Source of the DNA: Candidatus Omnitrophota bacterium
Lineage (GTDB): Bacteria; Omnitrophota; Gorgyraeia; Zapsychrales; JANLHA01
Reading direction: 5' to 3'
Assembly: GCA_963662715.1 (NCBI GenBank)
Contig: OY759724.1
Span: forward strand, 2,520,001-2,552,000
DNA: 32,000 nucleotides
The notes beneath the pieces were generated by a model. That model made no database searches. It saw only the letters and a list, made by a program, of their open reading frames with translations, and was not told the DNA's origin. Within the stretch, counting starts at the first letter, position 1; each line of letters starts with the position of its first letter. A program made the position numbers and the translations under genes. Below are positions 1-7,497 of the stretch, one piece after another.

Positions 1-1
1 A

Positions 2-781
2 ATCGAGAGCGGCGTTCAGGTTGACTGCCGGGCAAAGTGGAAAAATGAAACTCCTTTACAAATGGCGGCGGAAGCGGGGAATACAGAGGTAGTGAAATTC
101 CTGATAGATGCTGGAGCTGACGTAAATGCGGGAGGATACAATAATTTTACCGTCTTGCACAGTGCCATTACCAGCGGAAACGAAGATGTCGTCCGTCTGC
201 TCCTAGAAAATGGCGCCAATGTCAACGCGGTTACCGATGAGGAGTATGCTCCGATTCATCATGCGGCCTATCATGGCAATGCAAACATTATACGCTTGTT
301 GATCAATTATGGTGCTGATCTTACACTGAAAGACAGGTGGATTAATAATATGACCCCTTATGAACTGGCATCTGTCAGGAACCATGATAGCGTCGTTCTT
401 AATCTTTTAAGGATTGAAGATCAGAAGGCTTCTGCTGCATCTGCCGGGATGGATGTCAACCCAGAGTCTATAGCCTCAGAGATGTCTGAGAAAAAATATG
501 CGGTGGATGAACGCCGTCCGTATGTCGTTCTTGCGGCTGAAAGGGGACAGTACAAAGTTTTGCAGGGGCTTATTGAAAATGGCGTCGATGTGAATACAGT
601 CTTACCCGACGGCTCTACCGCTTTGATGCTTGCGGCGAAGAGAGGTCATGATGATATCGTGAAATTGCTCCTGCGACATGGCGCTGATGTCAACGTTGAG
701 CGTAATGATGGAGAGAATGCCATGTCTCTGGCGGCAAGTGAGGAGATTCGAGAAATCTTAAGAAGTTTTGGTGCTCAATAA
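2..781 (+). CDS. Ankyrin-repeat protein, 5'-truncated by the window edge
   Basis: Track ORF is 62..781, but the same frame is open back to nt 2. The residues before the first Met (IESGVQVDCRAKWKNETPLQ) already read as part of an ANK repeat, so the gene starts left of the window. At least six ANK-like units are present, e.g. STALMLAAKRGHDDIVKLLLRHGADVN and FTVLHSAITSGNEDVVRLLLENGANVN, in two blocks split by a Ser/Glu-rich linker. Confidence 0.85.
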   Translation: MESGVQVDCRAKWKNETPLQMAAEAGNTEVVKFLIDAGADVNAGGYNNFTVLHSAITSGNEDVVRLLLENGANVNAVTDEEYAPIHHAAYHGNANIIRLLINYGADLTLKDRWINNMTPYELASVRNHDSVVLNLLRIEDQKASAASAGMDVNPESIASEMSEKKYAVDERRPYVVLAAERGQYKVLQGLIENGVDVNTVLPDGSTALMLAAKRGHDDIVKLLLRHGADVNVERNDGENAMSLAASEEIREILRSFGAQ

Positions 782-899
782 CCTTAAAGAGTTTTGGCGT
801 ATTGGGGATCAATAAATACGCAGAGAAAGCACACATGTATTTCCAATCGTCACTTTTAATCCCCAGCATGGGCGTGCGGGTATTTACCAAGGAGAGATT

Positions 900-1385
900 A
901 TGAAAAGGATGAGGAATTTTTGTTTAATTGCCGTAACTGTCATATGTGCTGGTTGTGCATCAGCCCAGGTTTGGATGAGCCCCCTGATCAGCGCACCAGC
1001 AAGGATGTCTTATTCGATTGAAATGTTTGAAGATGCCAACGACAGAAAGGACAACGCTATCTTTCCGGATGCAGCAGAAATAGTTACTAATGCTTTTGAG
1101 ACGTCACTCTTAACGCATGGTTATCGCGTCATAAAGGAAGGAGAAGCAGACGCGATCATAAGCGGAAAAGTGTTGTCTTACCACCGCGGACGTTTATTCG
1201 GCCCTGGGCCAAACACTACGGTCGGATTTGAAGTGAATGCAAGAGATGCTGAAACAGGTGAGATGCTATGGAAAGCTTCACATTCAATTACAACTGAGTT
1301 TGACATTACTTATGACCCAAAACTTCTTGCGGATACGGTCTCTAACGAACTTGTGAAAAAATTGAGCAACTGGGCAAAAGAGTGA
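900..1385 (+). CDS. Putative lipoprotein (family not recognised)
   Basis: SD aaggagag lies a few nt upstream of ATG 900. N-terminal signal peptide with a lipobox-like VICAG-C. No conserved family motif recognised. Confidence 0.7.
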   Translation: MKRMRNFCLIAVTVICAGCASAQVWMSPLISAPARMSYSIEMFEDANDRKDNAIFPDAAEIVTNAFETSLLTHGYRVIKEGEADAIISGKVLSYHRGRLFGPGPNTTVGFEVNARDAETGEMLWKASHSITTEFDITYDPKLLADTVSNELVKKLSNWAKE

Positions 1386-1474
1386 AAATGAAGGGGCGAA
1401 ATGAAGGGGCCAGTCCCCCAAAAGGGACAGGGCGAACGAATTGAGAAATAGATAGAAAGACAGCTACTTATTTC

Positions 1475-1502
1475 TTGACTTAATCTGGGAAGCATGTACA
1501 AT
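1475..1502 (+). promoter_or_regulatory. Sigma-70-type promoter of the cold-shock gene (TTGACT-16 nt-TACAAT)
   Basis: TTGACT at 1475..1480 and TACAAT at 1497..1502. It would give a roughly 100-nt 5' UTR before ATG 1609, as is typical of cspA-type genes. Confidence 0.5.
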
Positions 1503-1608
1503 AACCCATGAGTAAATAAGCAAAAAGAAATTAATTGCCGAAAATTTTTTTTGGTTTTTTTCATTCTGTCATTGTTTACTCAAGTTTGATTGAAAGGAGG
1601 GTAAATTA

Positions 1609-1812
1609 ATGGCAACAGGTAAAGTTAAGTGGTTCAATGATCAAAAGGGTTTTGGTTTCATAACTCCTGATGATGGAAGCGAAGATTGTTTTGTCCATCA
1701 TAGTGAAATTCAAGGTGACGGTTTCAAGTCCTTAAGTGAAGGACAAGCCGTTGAATTCCAGGCTGGACAAGGCCCTAAAGGTCCTCAAGCAACCAAAGTC
1801 GTAAAGGTGTAA
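1609..1812 (+). CDS. cspA: Cold-shock protein, CspA family
   Basis: 67 aa. [29 protein letters not shown] contains RNP1 (KGFGFI) and RNP2 (CFVHH). SD aaggaggg is upstream. Confidence 0.95.
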   Translation: MATGKVKWFNDQKGFGFITPDDGSEDCFVHHSEIQGDGFKSLSEGQAVEFQAGQGPKGPQATKVVKV

Positions 1813-1826
1813 TTCCCCCGTTTTTT

Positions 1827-1860
1827 CAAGGCCCGACACATTGTGTCGGGCCTTGTTTGT
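1827..1860 (+). terminator. Intrinsic terminator after cspA
   Basis: 13-bp perfect stem: caaggcccgacac (1827..1839) pairs with gtgtcgggccttg (1843..1855). 3-nt loop, followed by tttgt. Confidence 0.8.
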
Positions 1861-2425
1861 CTAGTGCTGCCTCATCAAGTTTTGCCCCCGCTAACTAAAA
1901 TCATCGGTGTCCGTTATGATGTTTATCCTTTCCTGTGAGGTTGCTGCGAAGAAAGTAGCCTCCCGAGTATACTGTTATAATGGCAAAATAAAGCAGGCAG
2001 TTTATCTTTGTTATAGGCAATCCCAAGAAAATTCTTGTTCTCTCATTAATCTCCCTTTTCTAAAAAAAGAGGAACCATTCACCACGGTCAATTCATCCAG
2101 GAAAAGACGTCGGTTCAGGATAATAAATATTGTGTTTATAGGCTTAATAAGCTATACTTGACACAGCTATTTAAATAGATAATTCCCGCCAACCTCAGAT
2201 CTCTCGAGTTTCTTTCTTGATGTCTACCAGAATGAACTCCTATTTATCTATCTTGAATATTACAAATTACCCGCATAATTTTAAAAAATTTGTGCGTAAA
2301 AGCGCCTGGAAGAATGATTTATTTGTTAATCCCGTTGCGCCGGATAGCATAATAAATTATTTTGTCCTCCTTTTTAAAAAGAGTGCAAAAATTTGATTCA
2401 GATGAATCACTTAAGGAGGTGGGGC

Positions 2426-2680
2426 ATGTCTAGAGGAAAAGTCAGGGATTATGATGCCGGGCAGGGATATGGAATTATTGTTGATTCTTCCACGGGGCAG
2501 GAGCTTACAGCGTATTCAAATTATATAAATTTAAAGAAAGGAGAGATTTTAAAAGAAGGACAGGAAGTAGAATATGAAATAGAACATAAACGCAGTGAAA
2601 ATTGGGCCGTTAATGTAAAAGTCTTGCATGATTTCAATGAGGACGACGATTTAACCAGCATGTATTGTGCAAATGATTAA
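2426..2680 (+). CDS. Divergent cold-shock-domain-like small protein
   Basis: I prefer ATG 2426 (MSRGKVRDYDAGQGYGIIVD...) over the track's TTG 2393, because SD aaggagg sits about 6 nt upstream. GKV..(Y)..(GQ)GYGII resembles a CSD N-terminus, but RNP1 and RNP2 are degenerate. Acidic C-terminal tail. Confidence 0.55.
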   Translation: MSRGKVRDYDAGQGYGIIVDSSTGQELTAYSNYINLKKGEILKEGQEVEYEIEHKRSENWAVNVKVLHDFNEDDDLTSMYCAND

Positions 2681-2745
2681 TAAAACCCAAGGTGCAGAAG
2701 CAATTTAGAGCCGGGGTTGAAGTGGGGATCCTGCTTGGCGTAAAG

Positions 2746-2771
2746 TTTCAGAATAAGTGATTATTCTGAAA
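2746..2771 (+). other. AT-rich hairpin (11-bp perfect stem, GTGA loop) between the CSD-like and RRM genes
   Basis: tttcagaataa (2746..2756), loop gtga, ttattctgaaa (2761..2771). It is followed by the direct repeat gaaattgaa-atgat-gaaattgaa. It could be a weak terminator or a leader element. Confidence 0.35.
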
Positions 2772-2880
2772 TTGAAATGATGAAATTGAATCCTAATACA
2801 TAGTCCATGGTAGATAGGAGAAGTTTATAAAAGCGGAGAAACATTTTAGGACAAAAGACCAGAATAAAGGAGAATTTAGA

Positions 2881-3192
2881 ATGAATATTTACGTTGGCAA
2901 TCTTTCATACGATATCACTGGTGACGACTTGCAAGCCGTGTTCACAGCTTTCGGTTATGTTGAATCAGTGAAGATTATTAGAGATAAAATTACTGGTGAA
3001 TCGAGAGGTTTTGCATTTATCGAAATGCCAAACAAGACCGAAGCTGAGGCGGCTATACAAGGAGTCCCGGAAGTCAAAGGCAGAAAGATCATAATCAACG
3101 AGGCCAGACCTCCGGTAAGACATGGCCAAGGAGGAGGGATGAAGAGGGGAACTCACGGCAGGAATTTTAACCGAAGAGAGCGAAGGTATTAA
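2881..3192 (+). CDS. RRM-type RNA-binding protein with Gly/Arg-rich tail
   Basis: RNP2 is IYVGNL and RNP1 is RGFAFIEM. C-terminal tail is RHGQGGGMKRGTHGRNFNRRERRY. SD aaaggag is upstream. Confidence 0.9.
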   Translation: MNIYVGNLSYDITGDDLQAVFTAFGYVESVKIIRDKITGESRGFAFIEMPNKTEAEAAIQGVPEVKGRKIIINEARPPVRHGQGGGMKRGTHGRNFNRRERRY

Positions 3193-3216
3193 GTTATAAA
3201 TTAGAAAAGGAAAGAG

Positions 3217-3247
3217 GACAGTCCCCGTTTGGGGACTGTCTTTTTCT
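3217..3247 (+). terminator. Intrinsic terminator after the RRM gene
   Basis: gacagtcccc (3217..3226), loop gttt, ggggactgtc (3231..3240), then tttttctgttttt. Confidence 0.85.
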
Positions 3248-3437
3248 GTTTTTCTGATATAATGTGACGAAGGTATTTTTTGACGCTAAGGAAAGCCTTT
3301 AAAAGTGATAAATCCGGCTGAGAAGAAATAAATCAATTCAAACAATAATATCCCTCCTGAAAATAACCTGATAACAATATCCCTCTTGAGGGGAAGGGCA
3401 TCCGGCCCAAAGGGCAGAAATCCGCCTATAGAAATAG

Positions 3438-3465
3438 TTGACAGCGAAAGATATTTTGTTAATAT
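3438..3465 (+). promoter_or_regulatory. Candidate sigma-70 promoter (TTGACA-16 nt-TAATAT) abutting palindrome 1
   Basis: TTGACA at 3438..3443 and TAATAT at 3460..3465. The 21-bp palindrome starts at 3466, roughly where transcription would start. Confidence 0.4.
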
Positions 3466-3486
3466 AAATAGAAATATTTTCTATTT
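3466..3486. promoter_or_regulatory. 21-bp palindromic operator candidate 1 (AAATAGAAA-TAT-TTTCTATTT), Fur-family-like layout
   Basis: Perfect 9-3-9 inverted repeat read directly from the sequence. An extra half-site ATAGAAATAG lies at 3428..3437. Confidence 0.5.
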
Positions 3487-3646
3487 GAAGAAAAAATCCT
3501 CGGGGTGCTGTTCAGAAAAGCTTGGACAAGGGGTGGGCTGGATTAACCCCAGGAACGATATGAGAAAAATAAAGTCGTGAGCCATTATATGCACGTGAAC
3601 GGTGTTGGTGCCGGTTGTTCAAAAAAGCGAAAAATTTTTAAGTTGT

Positions 3647-3667
3647 AAATAGAAATTATTTCCATTT
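3647..3667. promoter_or_regulatory. 21-bp palindromic operator candidate 2 (AAATAGAAAT-T-ATTTCCATTT)
   Basis: 10-1-10 inverted repeat with one mismatch. The left half is identical to box 1. It lies 181 bp downstream of box 1 and about 90 bp upstream of the receptor start, and overlaps a weak TTGTAA-17 nt-TTAAAT promoter candidate. Confidence 0.5.
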
Positions 3668-3755
3668 AAATTGTGCCAATATCCCGGGGATACAGGAATG
3701 TCCCGGTAAAATGCGGGAATTATAAATAACAGTATAATCGAAGGGAGGGATGCAG

Positions 3756-5822
3756 ATGAGTAAGGGAAAGTTTTACAGGGCTTTATTAGCGGTTATCTTT
3801 TTATCGCAGAGTACGCTGGGCGCCGCGTTTGCCCAGACAACCGTCTTTGACCTTGGCCAGGTGGTTGTGTCGGAGGACGAAGATGTTCAAGAAAAGCTGA
3901 TGATTGAAGAAAAAACCAGGATCAGCCAGAAAACGCTTAAATCCCATAAGGTCGTTGACCTTGCCGAGATACTTTCGGATGAAATGATTGAAGCGTCCAT
4001 GATACGCAAAAGCGGTTATGGCAATGAAGTGGGCTTGAGAGGTTTTACCAAGAGCAATCTGCGTTTTACCTTAGATGACACACTCATCGAGGGGTCTTGC
4101 GGAAGCCGCAAAGACCCGCCGCTTTCCCATATCAACCTTCTTGCGATCAAACGGATTGAAGTAAAGGAAGGCCCCTATGATGTCAGCGTTCCGGGAGCCT
4201 TGGGTGGCGATATTAATGTCATGACGAAAGACACACAAAAGGGTGTTCACGGAGAAGCGCTTTCCAAATTCGGCTCTTTCGGATATTTCAGTCAAGGCGG
4301 ATATGTAACCGCCGGAAGCGCTTCTTGGCAGGGGTTGTTGGGATACAATTATTCCAAATCCGGACAGTACAAAGACGGTGCGGGCAATGAGCTGAGCAGT
4401 TTTAACCCGGCTTATAACGATGACGGCAAGAACATGGACGCCTTCAGGAAAAATGATTTCTGGGGGAAGGTTTTTGTTGAACTTTCAGAGAAACAAAATC
4501 TGTTATTTTCATCTTCCTATGGTGAGGCCAGCGACATCATGACGCCGCGCGTTGCCATGGATACCGAAAAGGAGAAGACGTATCTTAATAAGGTCGAATA
4601 CACGTTCGGTGATTTGAACTCTATTTCCGATCAGTTAAGATTATCCGCATACTACAACCGCGTTGAGCATTATCCGTATGGTGAATACAGAACAGGCGGG
4701 GTTAATAACCGAAGGATCGAGGCGATTTCGTCGATCACCGGCGCGCAGCTGGAAAATAAGACGTTAAGTGATCTGGCGGTTTTTACCTACGGAACGGATC
4801 TCTATCATCGTAACTGGTACGGCGATGTATTCGACAGAACGACCGGCGCAGTCGTGAATGATAATTTGTTCCCGGACGTGAATGAGCTCAATTTCGGTTT
4901 GTATGTTAAGGCGGAACGTGACATTGGGAAACTGTCCGCGACAGCCGGATTACGGTTGGACGTTTTTCATTCGGAGGCAAATGAGGATTTGAAGTTCAGC
5001 AAGGCGATGACGGACACGAACGCTCAGACGGATGTTTTGCCGGGTGCGAATGTGTTCCTGAAATATTTCTTCACTGAGGACACCAAAGTTTTCGGCGGTG
5101 TCGGACTGACGAACAGGACGCCAACGGCTGTTGAACGTTATATACAGGAAGGCGCTACGTATTACGGTAATCCTGACCTTAAACCGTCGCGTAATTTTGA
5201 GACTGATCTTGGGGTTGAAAGCAAATTGACGCCGCGTTTGAAATTTAAAACAAAAGTTTTTTACAGCTATCTGCCGGACTACATATACCAGCAGGCCAGC
5301 GGGGGCGTTAAAACTTACACAAACATTGACGCGTATATGTTTGGAGGCGATGCGACAGCTGTTTATGATTTGTTGCAAGGGTTCGCGCTTGAGGGCGGTG
5401 TCGCTTATCAGCGGGGAAGGAAACTCGATCAGCCGGCGGGCAATAACGACAAACATCTGTCCGAAATATGTCCGCTTAAAACCAAGCTCGCTTTGACTTT
5501 CGAGAAGAACGGCTTCTTTGCTGTCTACGAGTGGATGCATTCGCTGGACAGCAAGGACATTGACCGTGACGCCGGCGAAACCCTTCTGAAAGGCTGGGAT
5601 GTGTTTAACTTCCGGGCGGGATATCAGTTTTTCGAAGAAGAGGGGCGGCAGGCTTTCCTGAACGGCTTAAGTCTGAATTTCGGCATTGACAATATGTTTG
5701 ATAAAAAGTATACAATGGCAAATTCTTACGAATATGATCCGACGGATCCGGGCGGAACGAATGTTAAAATCGTCAATGAGCCGGGACGTTTTATTTATGG
5801 CAGTCTGTCGTATAAGTTTTAA
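3756..5822 (+). CDS. TonB-dependent outer-membrane receptor
   Basis: I prefer ATG 3756, 6 nt after SD aagggaggg, over ATG 3750, which abuts the SD. Signal peptide (..STLGAAFAQ), TonB-box-like TTVFDLGQVVVS, plug-type segment (IKRIEVKEGPYDVSVPGALGGDINVMTK), long beta-barrel, and terminal ...GSLSYKF. Confidence 0.9.
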   Translation: MSKGKFYRALLAVIFLSQSTLGAAFAQTTVFDLGQVVVSEDEDVQEKLMIEEKTRISQKTLKSHKVVDLAEILSDEMIEASMIRKSGYGNEVGLRGFTKSNLRFTLDDTLIEGSCGSRKDPPLSHINLLAIKRIEVKEGPYDVSVPGALGGDINVMTKDTQKGVHGEALSKFGSFGYFSQGGYVTAGSASWQGLLGYNYSKSGQYKDGAGNELSSFNPAYNDDGKNMDAFRKNDFWGKVFVELSEKQNLLFSSSYGEASDIMTPRVAMDTEKEKTYLNKVEYTFGDLNSISDQLRLSAYYNRVEHYPYGEYRTGGVNNRRIEAISSITGAQLENKTLSDLAVFTYGTDLYHRNWYGDVFDRTTGAVVNDNLFPDVNELNFGLYVKAERDIGKLSATAGLRLDVFHSEANEDLKFSKAMTDTNAQTDVLPGANVFLKYFFTEDTKVFGGVGLTNRTPTAVERYIQEGATYYGNPDLKPSRNFETDLGVESKLTPRLKFKTKVFYSYLPDYIYQQASGGVKTYTNIDAYMFGGDATAVYDLLQGFALEGGVAYQRGRKLDQPAGNNDKHLSEICPLKTKLALTFEKNGFFAVYEWMHSLDSKDIDRDAGETLLKGWDVFNFRAGYQFFEEEGRQAFLNGLSLNFGIDNMFDKKYTMANSYEYDPTDPGGTNVKIVNEPGRFIYGSLSYKF

Positions 5823-5834
5823 GAGAGGATAATA

Positions 5835-6431
5835 ATGACGAACTTTATTATTAGAGGCGGTTTTTTTATCTGGCCGATTCTTTTGTGCTCGGTCGTTTCC
5901 TTGGCGGTTATCCTGGAAAGGTTGAAGTATTTTCACCGGACGGGCGCTCGTAATAAAAATTTACCGGAGCGGGTGCAGGTATTGATCAACAGCAAGAGGC
6001 CTGATGAATCATATAAACTTTGCAAGCAGGATGAAAGCTTTGTCGGACGTTTTCTGGCGGTCGGGATCAAGGTCATGGATCAGCCGGTAGAGGAAAGGGG
6101 GAAGATACTCCGCAGGGCCGGATCCCGGGAGCTCGAAGAAGGCGAAAAACATTTGCGGATACTTTCGGTGATAGGCAACATCGCGACCTTATTGGGGCTT
6201 TTGGGAACTGTGACCGGTATGATTCAGACTTTTATTAAGATCGAGGCCGCAGGCGGGACAACGGAAGTGGCTTTGCTCGCGGGGGGGATATGGGAGGCGC
6301 TTCTTACGACAGCGGCAGGTTTAAGCGTAGCTATCCCGACCCTGGTCATGTACCATTACTTTGAAGGGATCGTTGACAGTCGGGCGGTTCAGTATAAGAA
6401 CCTGGCCGCGGATATCTTTAATCTGCATTAA
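5835..6431 (+). CDS. exbB: MotA/TolQ/ExbB-family proton channel
   Basis: N-terminal GGFFIWPILLCSVVSLAVILER and C-terminal LLGTVTGMIQTF...GIWEALLTTAAGLSVAIP motifs. The next two genes are exbD and tonB. Confidence 0.9.
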   Translation: MTNFIIRGGFFIWPILLCSVVSLAVILERLKYFHRTGARNKNLPERVQVLINSKRPDESYKLCKQDESFVGRFLAVGIKVMDQPVEERGKILRRAGSRELEEGEKHLRILSVIGNIATLLGLLGTVTGMIQTFIKIEAAGGTTEVALLAGGIWEALLTTAAGLSVAIPTLVMYHYFEGIVDSRAVQYKNLAADIFNLH

Positions 6432-6445
6432 TAGCGGAGGTTAAT

Positions 6446-6871
6446 TTGAGTTCATTCGAGCTTGAAAGACGAAGAAAGGCGGACACGGTTTTAAATATCG
6501 CTCCTCTGATCGATATTGTCTTTTTGCTTTTGATATTTTTTGTGCTTTCGGCTCATTTTGTTTCACAGAAAGGCTTTAAGGTGAAATTGCCCAAGGCGGT
6601 CAGCGCCCAGACGCAAAAGAACGAACAGGTGACGGTTTTTATCAATAAAGAGGGCGGTATTTTCGTGAATGGCTTGGGAATCGAGCCCGTTCAACTTAAA
6701 AATTTCCTCCGTTCGGAATTGAACAAAGCAAACGCTAAAACGGTGGTCATTAAGGCTGATGAGGATGTCTCCCTGGGTTTAATCGTCCAGGTGATGGATA
6801 TCGCTAAGGAGGCAAACGCGGACGGCCTTGTGATATCTACTAAAACAGCAAACGATGAAAAAAATAAATGA
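6446..6871 (+). CDS. exbD: Biopolymer transport protein ExbD/TolR
   Basis: TTG start 5 nt after SD ggagg. LNIAPLIDIVFLLLIFF TM segment and the ...VVIKADEDVSLGLIVQVMDIAKEAN motif. Confidence 0.85.
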   Translation: MSSFELERRRKADTVLNIAPLIDIVFLLLIFFVLSAHFVSQKGFKVKLPKAVSAQTQKNEQVTVFINKEGGIFVNGLGIEPVQLKNFLRSELNKANAKTVVIKADEDVSLGLIVQVMDIAKEANADGLVISTKTANDEKNK

Positions 6872-7433
6872 GCTGCATTCGAGCCTTTTGATTTCTTTTA
6901 TTGTTCATGCGGGAATAGTCGGTTCCGGTTTATTGCCCTTTCATCCCGTCCTGAAAGACAAGCCTTTTGACGTTGCCTTTGAAGTCGAAGAAGAGGTGTT
7001 GCCGGAAGTTTTTGAGGTCAGGGAAGAAAAGAGAGTGGAGCCGCCGGTCATTGAGCGGGAAGAGCTGCTTGAACCGGTGCCGGATGAAATAAAAGCCGAG
7101 GGCCTAAAACCCGCGCAAGAGGATGAAGAGCACAAGAAATCACTTCTGCGGTATCAAGACAGCATAAAGCAGAGAATTCAAAAGGAAAAACAGTATCCGC
7201 GCTGGGCCCTCAGGGCCAGACATCAGGGGGTCGTCAGAATAGTTTTTGATGTGTTGCCTGCAGGGCTGGTCAAAAATTTAAGTCTTTTGCAGTCATCCGG
7301 ATTTAAGGAATTGGATGAAGAGGCTCTGGATGCGGTTAAAAGAGCAAGCCCCTTTGATCCTTTCCCTGAGGTTTTTAGTGAGGATGAAATTCAGGTTGAA
7401 GTAGCTATTATTTTTACATTTAGAGAAAAATAG
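6855..7433 (+). CDS. tonB: Energy transducer TonB
   Basis: Overlaps the exbD stop by 17 nt. N-terminal TM segment, Glu/Pro-rich spacer (EVREEKRVEPPVIEREELLEPVPDE), and TonB C-terminal domain (YPRWALRARHQGVVRIVFDVLPAG...). Confidence 0.85.
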   Translation: MKKINELHSSLLISFIVHAGIVGSGLLPFHPVLKDKPFDVAFEVEEEVLPEVFEVREEKRVEPPVIEREELLEPVPDEIKAEGLKPAQEDEEHKKSLLRYQDSIKQRIQKEKQYPRWALRARHQGVVRIVFDVLPAGLVKNLSLLQSSGFKELDEEALDAVKRASPFDPFPEVFSEDEIQVEVAIIFTFREK

Positions 7434-7436
7434 AAA

Positions 7437-7464
7437 GGGGCAGTCCCCATTTGGGGACTGCCCC
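7437..7464. terminator. 12-bp-stem hairpin between convergent tonB and the C25 peptidase gene
   Basis: ggggcagtcccc (7437..7448), loop attt, ggggactgcccc (7453..7464). On the minus strand it is followed by a T-rich run (ctttctattttt). On the plus strand there is no U tract. Confidence 0.75.
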
Positions 7465-7497
7465 CTTGGCTTCCTTGGCCTTTTCTACCGCTATCCC

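Noticed and set aside
1391-1412. Short tandem duplication AATGAAGGGGC x2 after the lipoprotein gene
   Set aside because: There are only two copies of an 11-12-mer, with no further structure or recurrence in the window. It is probably a slippage duplication of no clear significance.
1907-2161. 84-aa ORF between cspA and the CSD-like gene
   Set aside because: GTG start without SD, in an AT-rich intergenic region. The translation is low-complexity and Lys/Arg/Ile-rich, with no recognisable family.
3499-3552. TPP riboswitch call, based on CUCGGGGUGC and a CUGGAU..CCAG hairpin
   Set aside because: The CUGAGA element is missing (GCUUGGAC instead). There is no ACCC partner in the right place for P2, and I could not form P4. 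It is kept only as a suggestion for a covariance-model scan.
3386-3580. 64-aa ORF in the region upstream of the TonB-dependent receptor
   Set aside because: It runs straight across the promoter and palindromic-operator region. It has no SD and a low-complexity, basic translation. It is more parsimoniously non-coding leader.
4950-5540. Long antisense or out-of-frame ORFs inside confident genes (e.g. 4950..5540-, 4071..4295-, 8898..9350 both strands, 9898..10314+, 12017..12499+, 18152..18481-, 19671..20108-, 22274..22522+, 22616..22915-, 24581..24841-, 25149..25724-, 27451..27899-)
   Set aside because: Each lies within a gene that has clear family motifs on the other strand or frame. None has an SD or recognisable domains. 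They are typical shadow ORFs.
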